From the NCBI GenBank assembly GCA_029261065.1, contig JAJDCB010000030.1:196876-260875 (forward strand): 64,000 nt of DNA. Reading direction: 5' to 3'. The stretch is from Candidatus Omnitrophota bacterium (GTDB lineage: Bacteria > Omnitrophota > Gorgyraeia > Zapsychrales > Zapsychraceae). The notes under the pieces were generated by a model. The model was not told the DNA's origin and did no database searches. It worked only from the letters and a program-made list of their open reading frames with translations. Shown here one piece after another: positions 27,533-37,700 of the stretch. How positions within the stretch are numbered: the stretch's first letter is position 1; every line of letters begins with the position of its first letter. The position numbers were made by a program, and so were the translations under genes.

Positions 27533-29089
27533 TTATGGCTTAACCATCCGCAAAACAGTTTTACCCTCCTCACAAAAATCAATAGCATAAGAACTGACTC
27601 GCATGAAGATGAGGGGGAGTTTTTCACGATTTTTACATTGAACGCCTTCTCTTCCTCCAAAGGGATTTCTGTGGCCTACTTTGGCAATGGAGAAAGGGCC
27701 ACCGGTGTAGAGTTGCCAGGTTTGGTCGATCATATTTCCATTGATGTCCTGTTGATTAAAATGAGTGAAGTTAGGTTCTATGCCAAGAACATGAGTGACT
27801 TTTCCATAGGCGTCGTGAGTAAGAATTTCTTTGCGAATTTTTGTCCATTGGTCTTTTTTGTAAGATTCTTTTAATTGAGGCTTTCTCCAATAGGTGAGAC
27901 TGGTGGGTGGAAAAATAAGATATAACATTAATCCCGCCAAACACACGTAACCACCCCATTTCATTTCCCAGTTTTTTTTGATCACATCGCGTGCAAAATA
28001 ACTTAAAAAGAAAATAAACGGAAGTAACCCAGCCATCGCATAGCGACCAATCCACGTCTCAGGCCCCCAGGACCATTTGAAGTATTTAACGGAAAGAAGT
28101 AACATCAACGCAAGTTGGGCTAGGCCTAATCCCGCGACAATAAGAAGTTTTAATCGATCATTTCGATTTTTATTTTGAATAATAGTATAACCTATACAAA
28201 AAAGAAATAATCCTACCCAAAGCCAAATGTTTGGAATAAATAAATATTTGCTTAAACTTTGTAAGCTTAGCGAAATGGCTTCAGACGTGTTTGATGTTAT
28301 TTCTGTACGAAGCGCAGGTTTTGTCATTACGAAACGCAGGAATAGCCCTTCTATAATTCCAACGCCATAAACGAGAAGGAGGCAAGCACTTTTAAATAGG
28401 TCGTTTAATTTCTCAAGCGAAAGAGAAGGAATGCAATGGTGATTAGTCAGAACAAAAACAAAGACTTGGATAAACAAAGAGTAGGTCGAATAAATGTGTG
28501 CGGCTCCTGCAATAAGGACTGAAATACTCCAACACATAAGCAGGATGTGAGAGGCGAGCTTTGATTTATGTTCGCTTGTTAAGAGTAGCGTTAATAAACA
28601 CCAAGAAAGGGCGCTATGAGCAAAGCCGCTTGTATGAAATCTTAGCTCTGTTCCCAAATGAGAAGACATATAATTAATGGTGACCAATAACACCGTAATA
28701 AATGTTGCAAAGAGATTTGATCGAGAGAGGCGACGGCTGATAATAAAAACGCTTGTTATAAAGATGATGCTGTAAAGAGTAAGGGGAAGTCTTAAGATCA
28801 ATTCAACATGTTCCATAATACTATTTAAAGGCAAACTGGCCTTTAAGAGTTTTAGATAAGCCCAATACTCAACAAATGACCAAGGCATAGCAGCAATCAG
28901 ATCACGGAGGGCTACGTAGAAATAGGGAGAGAATGGTTTATGATTGGCCACATAGAGCATCAACGTTTCATCTTGCCAAAGAGGGGTGTACCAACTATAG
29001 AGAATGCGTCCAATGAGGGTGTGCAGGACGATAATAATAAAAGAAAGATAGATAAGGAGCGAGCTGAAGTGAGTTTGGGGGCGTTTCAT
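27533..29089 (-). CDS. polytopic membrane protein (possible glycosyltransferase-like)
   Basis: 518 aa, >10 TM segments. Confidence 0.5.
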   Translation of the reverse strand: MKRPQTHFSSLLIYLSFIIIVLHTLIGRILYSWYTPLWQDETLMLYVANHKPFSPYFYVALRDLIAAMPWSFVEYWAYLKLLKASLPLNSIMEHVELILRLPLTLYSIIFITSVFIISRRLSRSNLFATFITVLLVTINYMSSHLGTELRFHTSGFAHSALSWCLLTLLLTSEHKSKLASHILLMCWSISVLIAGAAHIYSTYSLFIQVFVFVLTNHHCIPSLSLEKLNDLFKSACLLLVYGVGIIEGLFLRFVMTKPALRTEITSNTSEAISLSLQSLSKYLFIPNIWLWVGLFLFCIGYTIIQNKNRNDRLKLLIVAGLGLAQLALMLLLSVKYFKWSWGPETWIGRYAMAGLLPFIFFLSYFARDVIKKNWEMKWGGYVCLAGLMLYLIFPPTSLTYWRKPQLKESYKKDQWTKIRKEILTHDAYGKVTHVLGIEPNFTHFNQQDINGNMIDQTWQLYTGGPFSIAKVGHRNPFGGREGVQCKNREKLPLIFMRVSSYAIDFCEEGKTVLRMVKP

Positions 29090-29173
29090 TTGAAATCACC
29101 TTAACAGGTAAGAGAAATATTGTCAAAAAGTTAAGAAAGACTGCTGGGGTCTTCAAGAGGTCGAATTGATTTA

Positions 29174-30019
29174 TTGAGACCGTATAGTATACTGGTAATC
29201 ATGGATTATCAAAACAGTGCTCGTGACATTCTAAATAATCGACTTAAAAAACCTAAAGCAGGTTTGTTTCAGGTTGATACCTGTTTAAAAAACTTTGCCC
29301 TCATAAACTATGCCTTACCTAAGAGTCGTTTGGAGCGGCATATTCCAGCGCAACATTTTGATATCCCTGAATTTGAGATAGGTGGCAAAAAGATGGCTCT
29401 TATGAGTGTCGTGCCTTTTTATGACGAAGATTTTCGATTTGTGAATATATGTCCATTCTTAAAATTTGGTTTTCCTCAAACCAATTTTCGTGTTTATGTG
29501 ATCAACAAAAAAACAAACGAACATGTGGCTTGGTTTTTGGGAACAACGCTAGGCTCTCCCTTGGTTAAAATTTCACAATTGTTCTGGAAATTACCTTGGC
29601 ATTTTGCGAGATATGATTTTAAATGCCAATTTAATGCTGCTGAGAATAGGTTTCAAAAATACAACGTAGAATTTACTTCTGATTGGTGTCAAGCATCACT
29701 TGAAATAGAAGACACCGGACATCCGATTGATACGGTTGAAGGATTTAGCTCTTTTGATGAGATGATGTTAATATTAACGCACCCGGTAGAAGGTTATTTC
29801 TTTAGAACGGATGGTAAGGTAGGAACGTATTCAATTTGGCACGAAGAGATGACATTAACGAAAGCGCATTCAAAACATCTATATTTTAGTCTTTTTGAAA
29901 AGTTAGGACTTCTCTCGAAAGAAGAGATGAATAGCCCTCATTCTATCTTTGTGTGTCCTGAGATAGGGTTTAAAATTTTGTTGCCGCCAAAAGAACAATT
30001 AGGGCTCCGACCCTATTAA
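29174..30019 (+). CDS. hypothetical protein
   Basis: 281-aa ORF; no motif recognised. Confidence 0.45.
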   Translation: MRPYSILVIMDYQNSARDILNNRLKKPKAGLFQVDTCLKNFALINYALPKSRLERHIPAQHFDIPEFEIGGKKMALMSVVPFYDEDFRFVNICPFLKFGFPQTNFRVYVINKKTNEHVAWFLGTTLGSPLVKISQLFWKLPWHFARYDFKCQFNAAENRFQKYNVEFTSDWCQASLEIEDTGHPIDTVEGFSSFDEMMLILTHPVEGYFFRTDGKVGTYSIWHEEMTLTKAHSKHLYFSLFEKLGLLSKEEMNSPHSIFVCPEIGFKILLPPKEQLGLRPY

Positions 30020-30026
30020 TATTATT

Positions 30027-30476
30027 ATGAAAATAATAAGAAACCTTTTTCTAGTTTTTATTATCCTAATTTTTACAGGTTGTGCCAGCCTATTTATGGA
30101 GAAAGATAGTTATTCTCAACGTATATCTATTAAGACTAATCCTTCTGGTGCTGCAATTTTTGTGGATGGAATTCCTGAGTATGAAAATGATCGTTTGAAA
30201 GCTCCTTCTGGTGGTGCTATTCTCAAAACATCAGAACGTATGCGAAGGACACCAAATATAATTTCTTTAACGAAAAATAAAGGCCCGTATATCATTAGGC
30301 TGGAAAAAGAGGGTTATCAGTCTGTTGAGATTGAAGTCAGTGAAAAATTTAACAACATGGCATTGCTTAATACTGTAAATTTTATTGCTTGGGATATTGA
30401 TAGTCAAATGGGTTTTACAAAAGTCTTCAAACCTAGAAAAATTAAAATCAAACTTGAGAAGATTGAGGTAGAATAA
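30027..30476 (+). CDS. PEGA-domain lipoprotein
   Basis: lipobox FTGCAS; SIKTNPSGAAIFVDG PEGA-like. Confidence 0.6.
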   Translation: MKIIRNLFLVFIILIFTGCASLFMEKDSYSQRISIKTNPSGAAIFVDGIPEYENDRLKAPSGGAILKTSERMRRTPNIISLTKNKGPYIIRLEKEGYQSVEIEVSEKFNNMALLNTVNFIAWDIDSQMGFTKVFKPRKIKIKLEKIEVE

Positions 30477-30527
30477 TTGGTATTTTTTATTGAGCTATAA
30501 GATGTTGTGTGTCAATATTTGAATAAT

Positions 30528-30577
30528 AGGGGTCAGCGCCCTAATTATTAAAAAGAACAGCTAGGGCGCTGACCCCT
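30528..30577. promoter_or_regulatory. perfect 16-bp inverted repeat (AGGGGTCAGCGCCCTA...TAGGGCGCTGACCCCT), terminator/operator-like
   Basis: GC-rich palindrome with 18-nt loop between PEGA gene and purB. Confidence 0.5.
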
Positions 30578-30599
30578 ATTATTGTAAGAAAGAGGTTAT

Positions 30600-31958
30600 A
30601 TGTCACAACTAAAATCACTTACATCTCTCGACGGCCGATATCAGAAATCGGTCGAAGAGTTGAGGGATATTTTTTCCGAATTTGGATTAATGAAATCGCG
30701 TGTTTTTGTGGAGGTTCAGTGGTTTAAGTTTTTGGCGGCTGACTTAAAAGTTTTTACTGTTGCGAATGATAAGTTGAAGGAAATTGATCATATTGTTGAT
30801 GGGTTTGATTTAAAAGACGCACAAGAGATTAAAGATATTGAGAAAACAACGAATCATGATGTGAAGGCTGTGGAATATTTTCTTAAGAAGAAGTTTGTGG
30901 CGCTTGGGCTAGAAGAGCTTCAAGAATGGATTCATTTTTCATGTACGTCAGCTGATATCAACAATACTTCTTATGCCTTGATGCTTAAAGAGGGGCGGGG
31001 GTTTTTGTTAAATTCTTTTCAAGAGACATTAACGCGGTGTGAGGATCTTGCCAAACAATATAAATCTGTTCCCATGATGTCCCGCACCCATGGGCAGCCA
31101 GCGACACCTACGACGGTGGGGAAAGAATTTGTTAATTTCGCTTGGCGAATCAAAAGAGAGCTTGAAATTTTAGAACGTCTTCCTATTGAGGCTAAGTTTA
31201 ATGGCGCTACAGGAAGTTTTAATGCGCATCATTTTGTTTATCCTGATATCGATTGGATACAGGCAAGTCAAAAATATTTGTCAGAATATTTAGGCGTTAC
31301 CCCACTTCTTTACACCATTCAAATTAACCCCAACAATTATATCTCCGAACTATTGCATTGTTTGATTCGTCTATCTTCCATTCTCATTGATTTGGATCGT
31401 GATATGTGGGGTTACATCTCGCTTGGTTATTTTAAACAAAAATTAAAAGCGGGTGAGGTTGGTTCCTCAACCATGCCGCACAAAGTAAATCCGATTGATT
31501 TTGAAAACAGTGAAGGCAATTTAGGACTTGGCATTTCTCTTATGCAACATCTCTCAACAAAACTCTTAAACTCCCGTTTTCAGCGTGATCTCACCGACAG
31601 CACTGTCATGCGTAATCTTGGTGCTGTGTTTGGATATGTGTTGTTAGGCATTAAGAGCACGCAAAAGGGTTTAAATAAAATTGATATTAATGAAGAAGGC
31701 ATCGCCGCAGATCTTAACAATAACTGGGAACTTCTCGCTGAACCCATTCAAACCGTTATGCGCGTTTATGGGGAGGAGAACCCTTATGAGAAACTCAAAG
31801 AACTAACGCGAGGTGTCAAGATTTCACAAAAGGAGTTGGTTGCCTTTGTCGATAATCTTAAAAATGTGCCAGAAGATGTCAAACAAAGAATGAGAGCGTT
31901 AACACCGTCAAGTTATGTTGGGGTAGCCGAGCAATTGGTGGATCGTTATTTTGCTTAA
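30600..31958 (+). CDS. purB: adenylosuccinate lyase
   Basis: fumarate-lyase signature GSSTMPHKVNP; N-terminus SLDGRYQ typical of PurB; 452 aa. Confidence 0.9.
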   Translation: MSQLKSLTSLDGRYQKSVEELRDIFSEFGLMKSRVFVEVQWFKFLAADLKVFTVANDKLKEIDHIVDGFDLKDAQEIKDIEKTTNHDVKAVEYFLKKKFVALGLEELQEWIHFSCTSADINNTSYALMLKEGRGFLLNSFQETLTRCEDLAKQYKSVPMMSRTHGQPATPTTVGKEFVNFAWRIKRELEILERLPIEAKFNGATGSFNAHHFVYPDIDWIQASQKYLSEYLGVTPLLYTIQINPNNYISELLHCLIRLSSILIDLDRDMWGYISLGYFKQKLKAGEVGSSTMPHKVNPIDFENSEGNLGLGISLMQHLSTKLLNSRFQRDLTDSTVMRNLGAVFGYVLLGIKSTQKGLNKIDINEEGIAADLNNNWELLAEPIQTVMRVYGEENPYEKLKELTRGVKISQKELVAFVDNLKNVPEDVKQRMRALTPSSYVGVAEQLVDRYFA

Positions 31959-32043
31959 CCTAATGTTGTTTTGAAAGCAGAAAATGATCGTTAGTTTTTT
32001 TCTGGTGTGATATACTTATGAAAAAATAAAAAGGTATTAAGAG

Positions 32044-32337
32044 ATGAAATCAATTAAAAATATAAAGAGTTTGCTTGAGAAAAAACGCGATAAATTGGAT
32101 CAAGAGTATAACATTAAGAAGCTTGGTATTTTTGGATCTTACAGTAAAGGAACGGCTTCCAAGAAAAGTGATTTAGATATTCTTGTAGAATTTTCTGAAC
32201 CTCCAACAATATTTAAATTTGTACAACTTGAAAGGCGTCTTAGTCGTATATTAGGAATTAAAGTGGATCTTGTTACGAAGAATGCCTTAAAATCATTAAT
32301 GAAAAAAGAAGTTTTAACTGAGACTGTTTTTTTATGA
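32044..32337 (+). CDS. mntA: MNT-type nucleotidyltransferase antitoxin
   Basis: LGIFGSYSKGTASKKSDLDILVEF (Pol-beta NTase GS...D.D motif). Confidence 0.75.
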   Translation: MKSIKNIKSLLEKKRDKLDQEYNIKKLGIFGSYSKGTASKKSDLDILVEFSEPPTIFKFVQLERRLSRILGIKVDLVTKNALKSLMKKEVLTETVFL

Positions 32338-32672
32338 CTAAGAGAAAAGATGATCTTTATCTGAAAGATATGCTGGGTGCCATAAAAAATATTGAAAATT
32401 ATACAAAAAATATTTCTTTTAAAAAATTTTCTTCAACGCAAATGATTATCGATGCTGTTGTTAGAAACTTCGAAATCATAGGTGAAGCTTCCAAAAATCT
32501 ATCCCAGAAAACCAAATCCACCATTTCTGATATTCCATGGAAAGACGTGACAGGTATGCGAAATAAGATTGTTCATGAATACTTTGGAGTTGATTTACAA
32601 ATTATTTGGACAACGATCCATGAAGCTTTACCCGTTTTTAAGAAAGCAATTAAGAAATGGAATAAAGTTTGA
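32334..32672 (+). CDS. hepT: HepT-like (DUF86) toxin RNase
   Basis: RNKIVHEY (Rx4HxY motif); overlaps mntA by 4 nt. Confidence 0.75.
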   Translation: MTKRKDDLYLKDMLGAIKNIENYTKNISFKKFSSTQMIIDAVVRNFEIIGEASKNLSQKTKSTISDIPWKDVTGMRNKIVHEYFGVDLQIIWTTIHEALPVFKKAIKKWNKV

Positions 32673-32704
32673 GTCCTGCTTTGTATTTAAATAACTTCTA
32701 AAAA

Positions 32705-33382
32705 ATGAACAAGATACTCATCCTCATCCCCCCTTCAGAAGGAAAGCAGCCCAATGGCCATTCTAATCCTTTAAAAAAAGTTGAAGAACCAGCACGGAGC
32801 ATGGTCTCTAAGATTAATGAATATGAGGGCGAGTGGGGTAAGGTGTTGGGAGTTAAGGATAAGGCTTTAGAGAAGGCGTTGGATGCCAATAAGAAGATAT
32901 TAAGTTCTAAAACATTACCCGCGATTGAACGGTATACAGGCGTTGTTTACAACGCTATTGGTTATCCTTCCTTTTCAAAGGAGTCGAAGAATTTTTTTGA
33001 TCAACATGTGCGCATTGTTTCAGCTCTTTGGGGATTAGTTAAGCCCACGGATCTCATTCCGGATTATAAATTAAAGATTGATAAATTGGGGGCAGATAAA
33101 TATTGGTTGCCTATTAATCGCGAAATATTAAAAAATGTTTTTGTCATTGATTTATTACCTAAGGCGCATAAAAAGGCTGTTGCTTTTGACAGTGGTGTTT
33201 CGGTTGATTTTATTGTAACCAAAAATGGCAAGTCGGTTCCCGCAGGTCATCAGGGAAAACACATTAAAGGTCGTTTTATTCGTTGGTTGGCTCAGCAGCA
33301 ATCTTGCGATCCTAAGATGTTTAAAGAATTTAAGGAAGAGGGTTTTCAATGGTGTGGAGAAAAATTTGTGAAGGTTTCCTAG
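32705..33382 (+). CDS. yaaA: YaaA/UPF0246 (DUF328) peroxide-stress protein family
   Basis: N-terminus MNKILILIPPSEGK and ERYTGVVYNAIG resemble YaaA. Confidence 0.7.
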   Translation: MNKILILIPPSEGKQPNGHSNPLKKVEEPARSMVSKINEYEGEWGKVLGVKDKALEKALDANKKILSSKTLPAIERYTGVVYNAIGYPSFSKESKNFFDQHVRIVSALWGLVKPTDLIPDYKLKIDKLGADKYWLPINREILKNVFVIDLLPKAHKKAVAFDSGVSVDFIVTKNGKSVPAGHQGKHIKGRFIRWLAQQQSCDPKMFKEFKEEGFQWCGEKFVKVS

Positions 33383-33589
33383 AAACAATTGAGCTATTAT
33401 TGGATACAGAAGCGCTAAAGCGAATTAAGCGATCTAAAAAGGCTATTTTAAAAGGCGAGGTTTTCTCGCTTAAAGATATTAGACGAAAGCTTGAAAAGAA
33501 TGTATGATGTTGAATTATCGCTTGTTTTTTTGAAGGGTAATGGCATATAAGCATTGTTTGTTATTTCAATCCTGGCTGTTCTGTTCTTC

Positions 33590-33790
33590 ATGGATGTCAT
33601 TCTCGCCTCTTATGTCATTCCCGCGAAAGCGGGAATCCTATGGGATAAACTCCAGCGGGAATCTACAGGAGCAGAACTTGTTATAAATACCAAATTTTAG
33701 ATCCCGGATCAAGTCTGGGACGACAATTTCCGCTTTGTTACCTTAATTGTGATGAAGTACAGAAAGCGGGAATGACATTATGTCTTTTAA
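33590..33790. repeat. REP-like element family A composite
   Basis: GTCATTCCCGCGAAAGCGGGAATCC...CCAGCGGGAATC...AGATCCCGGATCAAGTCTGGGACGACAA...AGAAAGCGGGAATGACA. Confidence 0.85.
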
Positions 33791-33828
33791 GACATTTATT
33801 ATCAATACCAAATCGAAAGGTGCCTTCC

Positions 33829-34896
33829 ATGGATCAAGAATCAAAAGAGTTTTTAAAAGGCCTTTTGGCCCAATGCGGACCTAGTGGGTTTGAGGAAAGT
33901 GTGCAGAAGTTTTGGACAAAGCGAACTAAAAATTATGCCGATAACATCACACGTGATGTGCATGGCAATGCGATTGCGGTTTTAAATGAATCAGCCAAAT
34001 TTAAAGTGATGCTTGCCGGACATTGCGATGAGATTGGTTTTATTATTTCGCATATTTCTGAAAAAGGTTTTTTGCACGTCGTCCCTATTGGTGGAATTGA
34101 TTCAGGTGTTTTGCCTGGATCGCAAGTCAAGATTCAGACGGAGAAGGGATGGGTTGATGGGATTATTGGAAAGAAGGCTATTCATCTTTTGGAACCTGAA
34201 GAACGTAAAAAAGCCATTCCCTTAAAAGATCTTTGGATTGATATTGGAGCGAAAAATAAAAAAGAAGCTCTAAAGGTTGTTTCTCTAGGAGATCCTGTTT
34301 CTTATGCGCCTAATTTTTTAGAATTATGTAACAATAATTTTTCTTCTAAGGGATGTGATAATAAGATGGGTGCTTTTGTTGTTTCAGAGGTTTTAAAAAT
34401 TTTATCTAAGCGCAAAAGTAGTTTAAAGGTTGCCGTGTATTCGGTATCAACCGTTCAAGAAGAAGTTGGGTTAAGGGGGGCAACGACAAGTGCTTACGGG
34501 ATTGATCCTGATGTGGGTATCGCTGTTGATGTTGGTCATGCTTCAGATTTACCGGATGTTGATAAAAGAGAAGTGGGCGATGTTTCTTTAGGTCTTGGTC
34601 CGATTCTTCATTTAGGTCCTGTTGTTAATCGAACTCTTGGCGCGCTTTTAATTAATACCGCCAAAAAGAAAAAAATTCCTTACCAATACTGTTCACTTGG
34701 TCGACCAGGTGGCACAGATACATCTGCTATGCAGTTAACACGAGCGGGAGTTGCTACAGCTTTAGTTAGCGTTCCGAATCGATATATGCATACCATGGTT
34801 GAAACGTGTTCCTTTACCGATTTGATTAACTCTGCCAAGCTCATCGCGGAAACAATATTGACGATGACGCCAAAAACGAGTTTTATTCCGAAATAA
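33829..34896 (+). CDS. M42 family aminopeptidase
   Basis: AGHCDEIGFIISHISEKGFLHV...; start moved to ATG 33829 because the ORF-track start lies in the repeat. Confidence 0.75.
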   Translation: MDQESKEFLKGLLAQCGPSGFEESVQKFWTKRTKNYADNITRDVHGNAIAVLNESAKFKVMLAGHCDEIGFIISHISEKGFLHVVPIGGIDSGVLPGSQVKIQTEKGWVDGIIGKKAIHLLEPEERKKAIPLKDLWIDIGAKNKKEALKVVSLGDPVSYAPNFLELCNNNFSSKGCDNKMGAFVVSEVLKILSKRKSSLKVAVYSVSTVQEEVGLRGATTSAYGIDPDVGIAVDVGHASDLPDVDKREVGDVSLGLGPILHLGPVVNRTLGALLINTAKKKKIPYQYCSLGRPGGTDTSAMQLTRAGVATALVSVPNRYMHTMVETCSFTDLINSAKLIAETILTMTPKTSFIPK

Positions 34897-34902
34897 TAAT
34901 AG

Positions 34903-35022
34903 TGTCATTCCCGCCCCTTATGTCATTCCCGCGAAAGCGGGAATCCTACGGGGTAAACTCCAGCGGGGAACTATTAATAGTTATCATCCTTATGAGGTCC
35001 CCGCTTTCGCGGGGATGACACG
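34903..35022. repeat. REP-like element family A (inverted pair)
   Basis: GTCATTCCCGCGAAAGCGGGAATCC...CCCCGCTTTCGCGGGGATGACA. Confidence 0.85.
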
Positions 35023-35041
35023 TTTACTTTAAATATCTAGT

Positions 35042-36430
35042 ATGCCCCCAAAATCCAAACCCAAACTCACCGAAGGCCCTGTTGGCGCGCTTCTTATCAG
35101 ACTTACCATCCCCATGATCTGGGGACTGTTTTCAATTTTTACATTTAATTTAGTCGACACCATTTTCGTTGCGCGTCTTGGAACGACACATCTAGCTGCC
35201 ATTAGTTTTACATTTCCGGTTGTTATGGTTGCCACCAATCTTGCTATTGGTTTAGGGATTGGAACCTCATCGGTTGTCGCTCGGGCCATTGGTGAAAATG
35301 ATCATAAAAAAATTCAAAATTTAGCGACTAGTAGTTTAGTTTTGTCTTTAAGTGTTGTGTTTATATTTATGACGATTGGTTTTTTAACGATGGATCCGTT
35401 GTTTAAATTTATTGGTGCCAACGAAGAAACGTTAGTGCTCATTAAAGATTATATGAACATATGGTATGTTGGTTTGGTTTTTCTTTTTGTTCCACTGGTT
35501 GGAAATTATATTATTCGTGCGACAGGAGATATGTTTTGGCCCGGTATTATTATGGTGATCTCCTCAGTGGTTAATTTGATTTTAGATCCTATCTTCATTT
35601 TTGGTTTGTTTGGTTTTCCACGTTTAGAGATGAAGGGAGCGGCCTTGGCGACATTGGTGGCTTGGGTGATGACATTTTGTGCATCAAGCGCGATTCTATT
35701 TTTTCGAGAAAAATTTATTTCTCTACGTTGTCCGTCTTGGTCTGTGATTGTGAAATCTTGGAAGTCTATCATGCATGTCGCGCTTCCAGCGGCTGGCACG
35801 CATATGATTGTTCCTGTGGGAGTAGGTATTGTTATGAGTATGGTCGCCGTCTATGGAAAGGAAGCTGTAGCGGCTTTTGGTGCAGCTAGCCGTATTGAGA
35901 TGTTTGCGTTCATTATTGTTCTCGCTCTTTCTGCTGTGATAGGCCCATTTGTCGGACAGAATGTGGGGGCTAAAAGATGCGATCGTATTAATGAGGCGCT
36001 AAAAAAGTGTTATCGGTTTTGTATCTATTTTGGACTTCTGGAAGCGATTGTGTTAGCCTACTTCTCTAAAGAGGTGATGATGCTTTTTGATAGTGATCCG
36101 CTTGTGATTTATTACGGTCGGATGTTTCTTCTTATCATGCCTTTGGCTTATTGCGCTCATGGAATCATTTTTATTGCCTCAGGCGTCTTTAATGGTTCAG
36201 GGCATCCGTTACCAGCTGTTGTTGTATCGGTGTGTCGTATGTTTGTGCTTTATATTCCTTTGGCGTTTTGTTTTAAGGGTATGTTTGGGGTTCTGGGGAT
36301 TTATAGCGCTTATACTATTGCGACTTTGATTATGGGTGTGGTTGCGGTGAAGTGGAGTTTTAAGTATATTAGATCTTTTGAAAGTAATAATGTTGTTCCC
36401 GCGAAAACGGGGACCTCGGAATCGTTATAA
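35042..36430 (+). CDS. MATE family efflux transporter
   Basis: 12-TM layout, 462 aa; C-terminal ~12 codons are encoded by a family A repeat. Confidence 0.75.
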   Translation: MPPKSKPKLTEGPVGALLIRLTIPMIWGLFSIFTFNLVDTIFVARLGTTHLAAISFTFPVVMVATNLAIGLGIGTSSVVARAIGENDHKKIQNLATSSLVLSLSVVFIFMTIGFLTMDPLFKFIGANEETLVLIKDYMNIWYVGLVFLFVPLVGNYIIRATGDMFWPGIIMVISSVVNLILDPIFIFGLFGFPRLEMKGAALATLVAWVMTFCASSAILFFREKFISLRCPSWSVIVKSWKSIMHVALPAAGTHMIVPVGVGIVMSMVAVYGKEAVAAFGAASRIEMFAFIIVLALSAVIGPFVGQNVGAKRCDRINEALKKCYRFCIYFGLLEAIVLAYFSKEVMMLFDSDPLVIYYGRMFLLIMPLAYCAHGIIFIASGVFNGSGHPLPAVVVSVCRMFVLYIPLAFCFKGMFGVLGIYSAYTIATLIMGVVAVKWSFKYIRSFESNNVVPAKTGTSESL

Positions 36431-36548
36431 TTATTAATGGATTCCCACTTTCGTGGGAATGACAAGGGTAATATGTCATCCCCGCGAAAGCGGGGATCTC
36501 GAAACAGTAATATTATTAATGGATCCCCGTTTTCACGGGGACGACACT
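36391..36548. repeat. REP-like element family A cluster (3 hairpin units)
   Basis: GTTCCCGCGAAAACGGGGAC, GATTCCCACTTTCGTGGGAATGACA, GTCATCCCCGCGAAAGCGGGGATC, GGATCCCCGTTTTCACGGGGACGACA. Confidence 0.85.
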
Positions 36549-36561
36549 AAAGGAGCAGACT

Positions 36562-36981
36562 ATGGGATTGGAAATTAACAATGTTGTTGTAAGTGGAAAT
36601 TTAACAAGAGACGTTGAGCTTAAGGAGTTATCTTCAGGACGTAAGGTCTGTGCGATGGGAATCGCGAATAACCGAACTTATGTGAGTAATGGTCAAAAGA
36701 CAGAAGAGGTATCTTTTTTTGATGTCGAAGTATGGGGCGTGATTGCTGAGAATTGTGCTAAGTATTTAAGTAAAGGGAGTCCTGTGGTTGTTGTTGGACG
36801 GATCAAACAAGAGAGATGGGAAACGGAACAAGGGGATAAGCGGAGTCGGATTAAGGTTGTTGCCGCGACAGTGCAATTTCTTATGTCAGGAAATAAGGGT
36901 GGAGATGGGAGTTCACAAACATCAACCGCATCAGCAGCACCAGCAGCATCAACAAGCACTACGGCTGAGGCGTGGAGTTAG
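36562..36981 (+). CDS. ssb: single-stranded DNA-binding protein lacking the canonical acidic C-terminal tip
   Basis: OB-fold SSB N-terminus (VSGNLTRDVEL...VVVGRIKQERWE); tail ends ...STTAEAWS rather than DDDIPF. Confidence 0.75.
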   Translation: MGLEINNVVVSGNLTRDVELKELSSGRKVCAMGIANNRTYVSNGQKTEEVSFFDVEVWGVIAENCAKYLSKGSPVVVVGRIKQERWETEQGDKRSRIKVVAATVQFLMSGNKGGDGSSQTSTASAAPAASTSTTAEAWS

Positions 36982-37700
36982 AGCAAGCTCAAATCAGTTG
37001 GGATGAGAATGGGCTTCCCCATTCCACTCAGTTTGACGATAAGTATTTTTGCATCGAGAATGGCTTGTTGGAATCCCAATATATTTTTTGTGAGGGCAAC
37101 GCGTTACAGTCACGATTCGAAAACTTATCGTCAGAGGCCCCTGGAATCTTTATTATTGTTGAAACCGGTTTTGGCACAGGGCTTAATTTTTGTTGTGCCT
37201 GGCAACTTTGGAAACAACACGCGCCACAAAACTGGCAGTTGCAATATGTCTCTATGGATTTATATCCTTTGTCCCAAGAACAACTCAAAACATCTCTAGC
37301 CCTTTGGCCGGGAATAACGGACTTTACTCAACCGTTAGTTAAGATGTATCCCTCTTTGATAAATGAATCACGCTATGAATTATCATTTGAAAAAACACGC
37401 GTCAAACTTGTTTTGTTGTTTGATCATGTCAATGATGCTTTAAGTCAATTGATTGAGGATAAATGCGTGGCAGATGCGTGGTTTTTGGATGGTTTTGATC
37501 CAGCTAAAAATCCTCATATGTGGAGTGAAGATGTGTTCTCTCGGATGGCCAAGATGAGTAACCTTCAGACAACGTTAAGCACCTTTAGCGTTGCAGGATT
37601 CGTAAGGCGTGGATTGACAGCACAAGGTTTTACAGTTGAGAAAATTAAGGGTTTTGGGAGAAAGCGGCATATGTTAAAAGGTTTTTACGCGAAGTCATGA
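36972..37700 (+). CDS. mnmC: MnmC methyltransferase domain (DUF752) as separate gene
   Basis: ETGFGTGLNF SAM-binding motif of the MnmC N-terminal domain. Confidence 0.7.
   Translation: MELEQAQISWDENGLPHSTQFDDKYFCIENGLLESQYIFCEGNALQSRFENLSSEAPGIFIIVETGFGTGLNFCCAWQLWKQHAPQNWQLQYVSMDLYPLSQEQLKTSLALWPGITDFTQPLVKMYPSLINESRYELSFEKTRVKLVLLFDHVNDALSQLIEDKCVADAWFLDGFDPAKNPHMWSEDVFSRMAKMSNLQTTLSTFSVAGFVRRGLTAQGFTVEKIKGFGRKRHMLKGFYAKS

Noticed and set aside
36788-37006. 72-aa ORF with HQQHQQHQQ run
   Set aside because: Alternative frame of the ssb 3' end / mnmC start. No RBS and low-complexity product
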